From: Candidatus Micrarchaeota archaeon
GTDB lineage: Archaea; Iainarchaeota; Iainarchaeia; JAADDC01
Direction of reading: 5' to 3'
NCBI GenBank assembly: GCA_027046625.1
Contig: JALTXX010000018.1
Coordinates: 1 to 30,885 of the forward strand
Length of the DNA stretch: 30,885 nucleotides
The notes under the pieces were generated by a model. The model had not been told where the DNA came from and did not search any database. It saw only the letters and a program-made list of their open reading frames with translations. Position 1 is the first letter of the stretch; the number at the start of each line of letters is the position of its first letter. Made by a program: the position numbers and the translations under genes. Of this stretch, positions 19,610-27,832 are shown piece after piece.

Positions 19610-20497
19610 TTATATGGGCTGATCGTTGTGCACGTCGTTATGTGAAGATGTGTCAGAGTGTGTATCGTTCCAGTCAGACCAGTTTGCATGTGAATCTGAG
19701 TGAGAGTCTGAGTGGGAGTCTGAGTGGGAGTTTGGCCAGTCAGACCAGTCATAATGTGAATCTAGATGGTCCGAATGATTTGAATGTGGTACATCATCAT
19801 GAGGGGTTGCATTAGCATGTGGCTGGTCACTGTGGTTAGTATGATCGTAGTGCGGACTATCAGCATGTATTGTATTACTATGATCGCCCCAATCTGTGTG
19901 TATAGCATCATTATGGATCCAATCTAAATGTTGTGACGAATCGCTATAGTCTGACCAATCTCCGTGAGAGTCCGTATGAAAGTCAGCATGATCACTATGA
20001 TCTCCATGAGGTGTATCTCCATGGTCTGTCCAATCCCAATGTAAAAAGTCGCTATAGTCGGACCAATTATAGTGAGTGTCGGAGTGGGTATCGTTCCAGT
20101 CAGACCAGTTTGCATGTGAATCTGAGTGAGAGTCTGAGTGGGAGTCTGAGTGGGAGTTTGGCCAGTCAGACCAGTTGGAGTGGTTGGCCCAGTCGGAGTG
20201 AGTATCTGTGTGCCATTCTCTAAGGTTTCCTGTGCCTGTAACAAACTTTATGTAGTTCCCTTCCAACCAAAGAGATCCTGGTTGGCCAGATGAAGTGCCA
20301 AGAGAGACGGTTGGCAGCCTTCTTATGGCTCCGTATTGATCAATATAGTACAGGTAGTTTCCGTCTATCCAGAGGGAGCCTGGCTGGCCAGAAGAGGATG
20401 AAGACACTAATTCGCCTTCCTGGGAACGAATGTTTCCATTAGCATCTACGTATTTCAGTCTTGTTCCTTCTACCCAGATGGATCCTGGCAGTGGCAT
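19610..20497 (-). CDS. His/Trp-x-Asp/Asn repeat protein (putative rSAM substrate)
   Basis: Three N-terminal PGS(I/L)W..G....G..R repeats, then ~200 aa of (H/W/Y)-x-(D/N) triplets. Confidence 0.85.
   Translation of the reverse strand: MPLPGSIWVEGTRLKYVDANGNIRSQEGELVSSSSSGQPGSLWIDGNYLYYIDQYGAIRRLPTVSLGTSSGQPGSLWLEGNYIKFVTGTGNLREWHTDTHSDWANHSNWSDWPNSHSDSHSDSHSDSHANWSDWNDTHSDTHYNWSDYSDFLHWDWTDHGDTPHGDHSDHADFHTDSHGDWSDYSDSSQHLDWIHNDAIHTDWGDHSNTIHADSPHYDHTNHSDQPHANATPHDDVPHSNHSDHLDSHYDWSDWPNSHSDSHSDSHSDSHANWSDWNDTHSDTSSHNDVHNDQPI
19662..20175. repeat. Identical 88-nt direct repeat (19662-19749 = 20088-20175) containing 12-nt tandem units
   Basis: Both copies encode WSDWPNSHSDSHSDSHSDSHANWSDWND. 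Confidence 0.9.
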
Positions 20498-20506
20498 CGT
20501 ATATTA

Positions 20507-20746
20507 TTAGGGCACATACTTATTAGTGCCTACCGGTACCTGCAAGCCGTTGATATTCTTTATGACAGCTGTTCCCCTACCATCGATGTAATTTGCATAT
20601 ATCAGAATACCGCCGTTAACATCTATGTGGTCCGGATAGATCCTTACACTATGCTGGCCAATCCTAAGGTTTATTACCCTTAATTCCTCCACAGTAACAT
20701 CGGAAAGCAACCAGTTAACCAACATTTGTTTTAGTCTCTTCAACAC
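20507..20746 (-). CDS. Small beta-rich fibre adaptor-like protein
   Basis: N-terminus shared with 15690-16583; ends LQVPVGTNKY; GGGGTGA SD. Confidence 0.7.
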   Translation of the reverse strand: MLKRLKQMLVNWLLSDVTVEELRVINLRIGQHSVRIYPDHIDVNGGILIYANYIDGRGTAVIKNINGLQVPVGTNKYVP

Positions 20747-20750
20747 CCTA

Positions 20751-23420
20751 TCACCCCCTTCTAATTTCTCCCCTTATCCACAAGTTTCCTTTATCATCTA
20801 TTCTAAGAACAGGTTCTCCCCTTTGGTTTAATAGCACAATACTATTCCCATCCTCAACAAACCTAAAACCGTTCTTGAAGACAAGATCTCCAGATTGAAG
20901 AATACTAGCCCTCACAACATTGGCATTTAGTTCGTTCACCTCTGACACATTTGAAGGATCTAAGTAGAAGGAGGTGTTATCACTATCATTATACCGCGGG
21001 GCCTTTACCACCTTTGAAGATACCACCTCTGTGGTAGTTTCTGAAAGTGCTGAATCTCCTAGGGTACGCGTACCAACCCAGATTGGTATCTTTCCAGTGG
21101 TTCCGGATCCAAGGGCATCGTCCGTGGGGTTTGTATCTACTGTAGTTGGAACGTATTGGGTTCCATTCCACACCAAAGCTTGACCTGCAGACGGAGCGGT
21201 AGGGGATACAGGTCTTCCCTGTATTTTTGCAACTGTGGGGTTGGGATACGTACCAGATAGGTCTCCTCCTGCAGATTGACCCTCGTTTACAAACCTACCA
21301 TCAAAGGCCGATCCTGTAGCGTATTGATTGGTAAGTACAAGGTTTCCATCTATATCTGTAGAGAAATATGTTGGGTTGTACTTGAGAGAGATGGATGCAG
21401 AGGTTCCCGTAACAGATACAGAGATAGGATCTGTGGAAGTTATGGTGGTTATACCATTGTCAACTCCACACAAAACATTACCTGAAGCGTCTGTGTATAG
21501 TTTTGAGCAGTTTGTTTTTGTGGTTAGACGCAGATTAGAAAGGACGGAAGTGCCTGCAGGGTCTACATAGAAAGAGGTGTTGTCTCTGTCCTTGAACTGG
21601 GAGGCTGAAATACCTGGTCCGTGAACTTCCACACCGGCGTTGAAGTCTCCTGCATAGTTTATTATCAATTTTGTGGGATAGGGTACAAGGGCTCTTTTCC
21701 AATTATAATCTCCCACAACAGTTCTGGCCATCTTAAAATCGAATCCTACTCTCACTTCCCCAGACTGATACGCACCAAACCTTTCATTTCCGGAGGCGTC
21801 TGTAACTTTAAGGCTTCCGTTTACCTCAAGGTTGGCTGTTGGGTTTGTGTTGTTTATACCTACCTTGTTTGCAAGAACGGAAAGGGTACTTGTGTTAGAG
21901 GGTTGGATGTAAACCGGGCCTGCCTTAATATAAACAGGGCTCTGGTACCTCCAATGATCTGTTATATAGAGGTAGTCTGCAGAGTCGTTGCCCCACTCTA
22001 TGTACAAATGCCCATCGGATTTGTCTATACCCCAGGTTCTCAGATAGGTGGGAGGAAGATAGCCAGCATCTCTAGTGGTATATATGAGGCCCGTAGATAC
22101 TAGATCTCCCCTAACATAAGTAGTACCATTTACATCAAGAGTATACTGGGGCGTAGAAATGTTTATACCGAGGCGTTTGTTCGTGTTATCCCAGTATAGG
22201 TTAGAGGCTGATACTGTGGAGGGGGATGTAAAGTAGGGTATGTAGTTCGTGGTGCCGGAGCCTGTAATATCGTTGGAGGGTGTGGTATCCACCACTGTAC
22301 ATGAAATGGTACCGTCAGATGGGTTTACTGCTGTAAGTGCCTGCCCTGATGGACAAGAAAGGGTGGAGGTTATATTCATCTCTAAGGATCCTGCATTTAC
22401 CTTCAAGCCTCTCCCAACACTTAAACCTATGGTTATATCTGAGGAAAGTGCTCCTCCACCTGTTAGAGGTGACAAAACTGATATGGTTCTTGTCTGGGGG
22501 ACATACTTGCTTGAGAGGGGCGTACCTCCCTCCACAAAGGAGGTTGCATACACATTGTTTGCTCCTATGTCTCCAGAGACATGTAACTTATAAGAAGGTG
22601 ATAGATTCCCCACACCTATATTTCCAGAGGTACTATCCAGCCAGAAGTATGCACCGCCTGCTCCCACATAGAGAGGAATTGGAGTACCAGTATTTGCCCA
22701 AGATCTAACCGTAAAGGACCCAAAACCTTCGTCGTAAGCTACATCAAAGAATTTGTTTGGAATAGAGGAAACGTTCATCCTTATACCCTCTGACGTTCTT
22801 GTAGAATGTACATTAGTATCTATTAGGAGAGAGCTCTTCAAATGGAGAGAGTCCCAGGCTGTTGGAAATCCTACGGTCATCGGACCTAGGACGGAAGTGC
22901 CTGCAGGGTCTATATAATAGGAGGAGTTTGACATATCTTCTAACCTTTCTGCTAACACTGTATTGGCAGAGATATTAGCATGCTGGTTAGTTGTGTTATT
23001 CCAGAACACCACATAGTCCTTGTTTGTAACAATACCTACGTGGGTAAATGGTTGGGTAGATTGGATGTAGATGGCGTCAGTTGCCTCGTTTATGTTGGTA
23101 GTTGTTGTATCATCTGGTCTGGTGTTAATGGTAAGGGTGGACATCATACTGTAATTCTGGAATTCGTTAAATTCGTAGGATCCTACTACATTTTCCCTCA
23201 GTTGGATGTCTAAAGTGCTATATGTTCCTGTTACACTGGCGTCTGACGTTCCTGCGTTGGAGAATATGTCGGATCGTTTTAGAACCTCTATATTGTTTAT
23301 GAAAACACTACCACCGTTTACATAAATACTACCGTTTACAACGTTAAGGTCCCTGTTCTCTATAAGAACACCTGCTGCCATTGCTATAGGTAGTAAGAGG
23401 AGTGCGAGGATGTGTCGCAT
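20751..23420 (-). CDS. Secreted mosaic fibre/adhesin (tail-fibre-like repeats)
   Basis: Sec-type signal; 3x (V/L)G(I/V)...P...L.V.G, 3x NxS(F/Y)Y(V/I/L)DP...S, 2x VDT.P..D..GSGTT..IP; GGDLSGTYPNPTVAKIQG motif. Confidence 0.75.
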   Translation of the reverse strand: MRHILALLLLPIAMAAGVLIENRDLNVVNGSIYVNGGSVFINNIEVLKRSDIFSNAGTSDASVTGTYSTLDIQLRENVVGSYEFNEFQNYSMMSTLTINTRPDDTTTTNINEATDAIYIQSTQPFTHVGIVTNKDYVVFWNNTTNQHANISANTVLAERLEDMSNSSYYIDPAGTSVLGPMTVGFPTAWDSLHLKSSLLIDTNVHSTRTSEGIRMNVSSIPNKFFDVAYDEGFGSFTVRSWANTGTPIPLYVGAGGAYFWLDSTSGNIGVGNLSPSYKLHVSGDIGANNVYATSFVEGGTPLSSKYVPQTRTISVLSPLTGGGALSSDITIGLSVGRGLKVNAGSLEMNITSTLSCPSGQALTAVNPSDGTISCTVVDTTPSNDITGSGTTNYIPYFTSPSTVSASNLYWDNTNKRLGINISTPQYTLDVNGTTYVRGDLVSTGLIYTTRDAGYLPPTYLRTWGIDKSDGHLYIEWGNDSADYLYITDHWRYQSPVYIKAGPVYIQPSNTSTLSVLANKVGINNTNPTANLEVNGSLKVTDASGNERFGAYQSGEVRVGFDFKMARTVVGDYNWKRALVPYPTKLIINYAGDFNAGVEVHGPGISASQFKDRDNTSFYVDPAGTSVLSNLRLTTKTNCSKLYTDASGNVLCGVDNGITTITSTDPISVSVTGTSASISLKYNPTYFSTDIDGNLVLTNQYATGSAFDGRFVNEGQSAGGDLSGTYPNPTVAKIQGRPVSPTAPSAGQALVWNGTQYVPTTVDTNPTDDALGSGTTGKIPIWVGTRTLGDSALSETTTEVVSSKVVKAPRYNDSDNTSFYLDPSNVSEVNELNANVVRASILQSGDLVFKNGFRFVEDGNSIVLLNQRGEPVLRIDDKGNLWIRGEIRRG

Positions 23421-23451
23421 CGTTCTATTGATGTTTTTGTGGATTATAATG

Positions 23452-24732
23452 TTATCGGATTGTCACATTACCCAACAAAAGGTTTGAGTCGATAATGTGC
23501 ATGTCAAGGGGGGATGTACTTACTATGTTAATGTCGGATAGTGTATAATCGCTGTTTAGCGAGTATATACCTGTAGTTGAGGTATTTAAACGAAGAGAAG
23601 CTGAGGAGATAGATACATTGGAGGAATTTCTTATTATAACACCGTAAGGATCATTAGTTTCAAGATAGAAGTTAGAAATTCCTACATTTGAAGATTCAAG
23701 GATTGCTATAATAGGATATACCCTCTCCATTGTGGATCCTCCCGCATCTATGGAAACTCCTCCTGTATAATCCTTTACCCAGATGGAAAGGGGGAGGAAA
23801 GGTGATATGGAGGAGAGGGAAGACGGGCGGAAGAGATACATCTTCCTATCACCATATACTATATCTCCAATGGAAAGTGAGAAGCTGAAGGTGAAGGGGT
23901 CAGAAATATACATAACATGGTTCACCTCATTGTTCTCAACAGATGTAATAACCACATTAGTAAGATTGTTCACAAGGAAGGAGGTGTCCACATTCCTTAT
24001 CCTGCATCTTTCTATGGATATATTCGATCCCCCGTCAAAGAGGAAAGTTGTTTCAGACCCGGAACCCCTCAGTGTATGAAGCATACAATCTAACGTTATT
24101 CCGTTGTAATCCTTCCAGAGGTTAATGCACGGATCTCTATCTATTACAATATCTGTAAACATAAGAACTCTTCTGTCAGGCCCAGCGTATGAATCGAGTG
24201 TGGCTTGGCACTGTCCGCATGTATAACAAAAGTATATCTCTCCTAGAGGCCAGCTAATAGGCTTTAGATCCGTCCAAAGCTCCACACCGTTTATGAAAAC
24301 AGTTACTCTATATGGAAGAATGTTTTCATCAGGTATGGGAACTATAGTGTACAATCTATAGTTTATCTTAGGCAGAAAGGCTGAGGACGCATTATCCACC
24401 GCAAACTCCGCCTCCATCACCTTTGTAGCATTTCCTTCCCTGTATAGAATGACTCCTTGTATGGGGTATCTATAGTAAAGAGGGAGTGTTCCCACGTTTT
24501 CTATGATTATATCTACGTATAGCAGAGTGTTTGTATCCCTTCTTATGCTATAGCTTCCTCCGAGAGGGATAAGATATTGTTTGGTTTGTTCGGAAAACTT
24601 CTTTACGTATATATCAAGCTCTTCTGTTTGCTCGGATAGATAGGAAGATAGGGCAAGATAAAGCTGATACAGCACCACTAACGAAAAGGAGAGGACAAGG
24701 AGTACTGTTATTATGTCTGTTTGAAATCGCAT
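23452..24732 (-). CDS. Membrane-anchored (class III-like N-terminus) protein with a right-handed beta-helix
   Basis: MRFQTDIITVLL... anchor; IENVG; CYTCGQC...ITLDC..HTLRG followed by N-x-S-I beta-helix repeats. Confidence 0.6.
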   Translation of the reverse strand: MRFQTDIITVLLVLSFSLVVLYQLYLALSSYLSEQTEELDIYVKKFSEQTKQYLIPLGGSYSIRRDTNTLLYVDIIIENVGTLPLYYRYPIQGVILYREGNATKVMEAEFAVDNASSAFLPKINYRLYTIVPIPDENILPYRVTVFINGVELWTDLKPISWPLGEIYFCYTCGQCQATLDSYAGPDRRVLMFTDIVIDRDPCINLWKDYNGITLDCMLHTLRGSGSETTFLFDGGSNISIERCRIRNVDTSFLVNNLTNVVITSVENNEVNHVMYISDPFTFSFSLSIGDIVYGDRKMYLFRPSSLSSISPFLPLSIWVKDYTGGVSIDAGGSTMERVYPIIAILESSNVGISNFYLETNDPYGVIIRNSSNVSISSASLRLNTSTTGIYSLNSDYTLSDINIVSTSPLDMHIIDSNLLLGNVTIR

Positions 24733-24768
24733 GAGAAAATAGATGGTAGAGCTATATTTTATGGGTTA

Positions 24769-24842
24769 CGGGCCCGGGGGGATTCGAACCCCCGACACCC
24801 CGGTTAAGAGCCGGGTGCTCTACCTGGCTGAGCTACGGGCCC
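24769..24842 (-). tRNA. tRNA-Lys(CTT)
   Basis: GGGCCCGTAGCTCAGCCAGGTAGAGCA-CCCGG-CTCTTAA-CCGGG-GTGTCGGGGGTTCGAATCCCCCCGGGCCCG. Confidence 0.96.
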
Positions 24843-24948
24843 ATATACAGCTATCTAACTGATTGAAGAGACAAGGGTTTTTGTTAGTGTGGGTGGAAAG
24901 GTAACACTTAAAAAGGGGTTTGTTTTGATAGTTAGCGAGGTGTGAGGG

Positions 24949-25206
24949 ATGGCCAAGTATGAGATAGCAAGAAGGCTATCAGGAAAGAGGGTCATCACAA
25001 ACAGAGGCGAAGTATTAGGAAAGTTATTGGATCTATTGGTGGATGAAAAGGAAGGAACACTAGAATACCTTGTAGTTGAAATAGCACCGGATTCCAAGAT
25101 TGCAAAAAAACTAGGATTTGAAAGGAGAGTGGCAGAAATTCCTTATAAAGCTGTGATAGCAGTAAGCGACTATGTAATTATTGATGAGGGTGCTGTGAGG
25201 GAGTAA
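24949..25206 (+). CDS. PRC-barrel domain protein (CdpB-like)
   Basis: LSGKRVITNRGEVLGKLLDLLVDEKEG...IPYKAVIAVSDYVII. Confidence 0.88.
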   Translation: MAKYEIARRLSGKRVITNRGEVLGKLLDLLVDEKEGTLEYLVVEIAPDSKIAKKLGFERRVAEIPYKAVIAVSDYVIIDEGAVRE

Positions 25207-26143
25207 ACTTCACCACAACAGAATTGTTGGTAAATTCTACACTTACACCCTCAATACTAACATTTTCTCCCTTCAAAAGTCGTTCAAACTCGTTCCAATG
25301 TTCATAAATTTTAGATAAAATACCTTCTAAGGCCTCTATTTCTTCCTCTATGTTTCTTAGAGAGGCTTTCATATAGAGCAGGGTTTTGTCCTCTTCCTTC
25401 TCCCTCTGAAAGAGAGTGGGGGTAAAGGTGTCAAGGAGCTCATTAAACGAGTTAGAAACCTTGTTACAGGGGAGGTGGCTTAAGTTTATAGGGAAGGGCT
25501 CGTCCCTGCATAAAAACCCGGAGGGGTGTCTAAGTTCTTCCAAAATATTATTTAGTTCATCTAGAATTTGATTTTTATGATCTTTTGTAGGAGCCTTTGG
25601 ATCCAAGCTAAGCCTATACAATATTTCCTTTGTGTACTCCTTTGGGATGCCGGAACGCACCATATCTCTCTCCACTGTAGAATCATCGAGCAAAGTGAAG
25701 GAGGCTATAGGAGGGGGTGGGGGAGTTTTATACATAACTCCCCTCTCAATTTCCCTGTGCCTCCACTTTCCATACCTTAGAGCTGTAATAACCTTTCCCT
25801 CTTCTAGAAGTATAATATTACCCTCTCTAAACAATTCAAGAACGAGAGTATATTCTCCAAAGGAAAGAGATACTACCCTATCAAGGTTTAGCACTTCTAT
25901 GTTGTCCAGTTTTTTTCCTTCTAACCTTTTTCTAAGAAAGAGAGAAAAGTTATCAGGCTTTAAAGAAGGGATGGAATGAGTCGTTCTGAAGAACAGATTC
26001 GGGGGTTTTATTAGTAGGTCTGCTCCCCTCAGTTTTAGTTTGTAGCCATTTGGAATGGTAGTAAATTTCTGAAAGTATTTACCTTTTAGGCTCTTTAGCT
26101 CTTCTACCACAGCAATGAAGTCAAAGGCTGTAAGTTCCCTCAC
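25178..26143 (-). CDS. Rqc2/RqcH (NFACT-N + HhH) family protein, C-terminally truncated
   Basis: LTAFDF.AVVEEL, FSLFLRKRLEG, LDRVV, LELFREGNIIL, R.I..G..Y..PP, SFNELLD; only 321 aa. Confidence 0.8.
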   Translation of the reverse strand: MRELTAFDFIAVVEELKSLKGKYFQKFTTIPNGYKLKLRGADLLIKPPNLFFRTTHSIPSLKPDNFSLFLRKRLEGKKLDNIEVLNLDRVVSLSFGEYTLVLELFREGNIILLEEGKVITALRYGKWRHREIERGVMYKTPPPPPIASFTLLDDSTVERDMVRSGIPKEYTKEILYRLSLDPKAPTKDHKNQILDELNNILEELRHPSGFLCRDEPFPINLSHLPCNKVSNSFNELLDTFTPTLFQREKEEDKTLLYMKASLRNIEEEIEALEGILSKIYEHWNEFERLLKGENVSIEGVSVEFTNNSVVVKFTPSQHPHQ

Positions 26144-26191
26144 ACATTGAAGGGGTATTGAAAGGGTAAAAACCTTTGGGTGTGTGTTTAT

Positions 26192-26728
26192 ATGGTGGAT
26201 AACCTGCTTGGGTTATTAGAAATAGACATGGTAAAGAACTATATTACTAGGGTTGGTGGGGATCTTGCTGTTGATGTTATGAAGATTATGTTAGAGGCTG
26301 GAGAGCCTGTAACCGATGAGTATATTGCCGGTTTGTTGGGTGTAAAGGTAACCGTTGTGAGAACTGTGTTAAACAGGCTTCATTTTTGGGGTATTGTAGA
26401 CTATCACAGAGAGAAGGATCCGGATACAGGATGGTATACATATACATGGTTCATAAGAAAGGGACGACTTAAAGAGGCTCTGATTGAAGATATTGAGGAA
26501 CAACGAAGAGAAGTGTCTCAAAAGCTTGATGAACTATCTTCTTATATGTTCTTTTCATGCCCAGAAGGTCATGAAAGGGTAGTATTTGAGGTGGCTGTAG
26601 AGTACAATTTCCAATGCCCCATATGCGGCAAACCTCTTGTGGAGGTAAACGTGGAGGAGGAGAAGGAAGAACTCAGAAAGAGGCTTTCCCAGATAGCAAA
26701 TATCAGATCCCTACTTAAGGATGTGTAA
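26192..26728 (+). CDS. tfe: Transcription factor E (TFE alpha)
   Basis: TDEYIA...VRTVLNRL...REKDPDTGWYTYTW, Zn ribbon CPEGH...FQCPICG; ATG 26192 preferred over GTG 26180. Confidence 0.93.
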   Translation: MVDNLLGLLEIDMVKNYITRVGGDLAVDVMKIMLEAGEPVTDEYIAGLLGVKVTVVRTVLNRLHFWGIVDYHREKDPDTGWYTYTWFIRKGRLKEALIEDIEEQRREVSQKLDELSSYMFFSCPEGHERVVFEVAVEYNFQCPICGKPLVEVNVEEEKEELRKRLSQIANIRSLLKDV

Positions 26729-27089
26729 ACACCATCATGCGTATATACCCTTTCTCATATACACCTGTACAATTTATTTCTACGGGAAGGGTTATCATAG
26801 TATTCGGAGTTAGCTGTTTTGGTATTCTTAACATTACTGGCGTTCTCGGCTCGAAGGCGATAGAGACCGTACTACCATCTGTGTTCACTGTACATAACAA
26901 TGTGGATGGGTGGAAGGATGTGAAATATACAGTTATACCTGTTGGGTCTGCTTTCCAGCTGGTAGGGCGTATAATGTAGAATCCTTCCGCTCCTTCCGAT
27001 GGTTGAATCTTTAGGTAAAGCTGGAAAAGGATAAATAGAATTAATATAGCTGCAACCAGCTCATATGCTCTGTTCCTCAAGGAGTACAT
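26715..27089 (-). CDS. Membrane-anchored hypothetical protein (possible pilin-like)
   Basis: RAYELVAAILILFILF N-terminal helix, beta-rich body, 2 Cys. Confidence 0.55.
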   Translation of the reverse strand: MYSLRNRAYELVAAILILFILFQLYLKIQPSEGAEGFYIIRPTSWKADPTGITVYFTSFHPSTLLCTVNTDGSTVSIAFEPRTPVMLRIPKQLTPNTMITLPVEINCTGVYEKGYIRMMVFTHP

Positions 27090-27450
27090 ATCCTACCACC
27101 GCCAACACTATGAGCACGCCCCCCATGAAGAGGGATAGTTGTGCATATATAGGTCCCTGGAGTTTATAAATGAGGGGAGTAAGTGTTATTAGAAGCAAGC
27201 CTGAGGAGAATTGGGTGGCGCTCATGTCTACATGTTTGGGTAAAGTATAATTTTTTATAAAGTCTATAAGTTCTCTTGGTTTTGCAAGTATATAGGCTGC
27301 TACTGTTTGTATTACTGCCCAAATAACATAAATAGATGCCTCAAATACATCCATACCCACTTTTATAAAGGTAATAAATAGTACCATAGATAGGAGCGCA
27401 TTAAAGAGAAGGGCTGAGGCTATAGATCTTTTAAGGTGTGGGTCCATCAA
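27061..27450 (-). CDS. Hypothetical 4-TM membrane protein
   Basis: Four hydrophobic segments; overlaps the downstream gene. Confidence 0.6.
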   Translation of the reverse strand: MMDPHLKRSIASALLFNALLSMVLFITFIKVGMDVFEASIYVIWAVIQTVAAYILAKPRELIDFIKNYTLPKHVDMSATQFSSGLLLITLTPLIYKLQGPIYAQLSLFMGGVLIVLAVVGYVLLEEQSI

Positions 27451-27536
27451 AGAGAGAAGGTATAATGAAGGTTTTAACGATGTTGTTGTAACTCACACGG
27501 TTAACAACCTTTATAAATACCTATTACCATCTTCCA

Positions 27537-27755
27537 GGGATGAAAAGTGGGCTCCCATCCAATAACAATGGACTGTATTATGGATGGGAGTCCATAGTAT
27601 GCAGAAAGCACACATCCATATTTCTGTAACAACCGGGGATGAGGTCCCCAAAAAGTGGGACTGACCCGGTGGGGGAGGGAAAAGGGAAAAAGTTTCTGGG
27701 TGTTTGGCGCCAAACACCCAGAACCCAGAAGACGCTGCGCACGGATGATGGGGGC
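27537..27755 (+). ncRNA. Candidate structured ncRNA with a k-turn hairpin
   Basis: TTTATAAA at 27510; hairpins 27548-27594 and 27601-27627 (G-U pairs on + strand); k-turn ACCGGG-GAT-GAG.../...TGA-CCCGGT at 27632-27670; 30-nt palindrome 27694-27723. Confidence 0.4.
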
Positions 27756-27832
27756 TAAAAATATATAGAACAGTAGGTGGTATTTAAACCTTGTGGTTGG
27801 GGGTTATATACCCCCTTCCATTACATCTTTTT

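Noticed and set aside
19662-20175. CRISPR array or DGR template/variable repeat pair
   Set aside because: The repeats are in-frame coding units with no unique spacers. The two copies are identical (no adenine-specific differences), and no RT or cas genes are present.
19924-20244. Thr/Gln/Pro-rich alternative-frame ORF, and the antisense ORFs 19606-19815 and 19933-20223
   Set aside because: Shadows produced by the low-complexity repeat of the 295-aa gene.
14657-24842. Provirus or integrated element at tRNA-Lys (tail-fibre-like genes downstream of the tRNA 3' end)
   Set aside because: No integrase, capsid, terminase or portal gene, and I found no duplicated tRNA 3' end (att). The fibre has a cellular signal peptide.
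27501-27717. Two ~70-aa minus-strand ORFs
   Set aside because: Atypical composition, overlap each other and coincide with hairpins; better explained as a structured non-coding region.
27670-27745. RNase P or SRP RNA
   Set aside because: CAGAAG faintly resembles CR-V, but there is no GAGGAAAGTCC-type CR-I and no SRP helix-8 motif.
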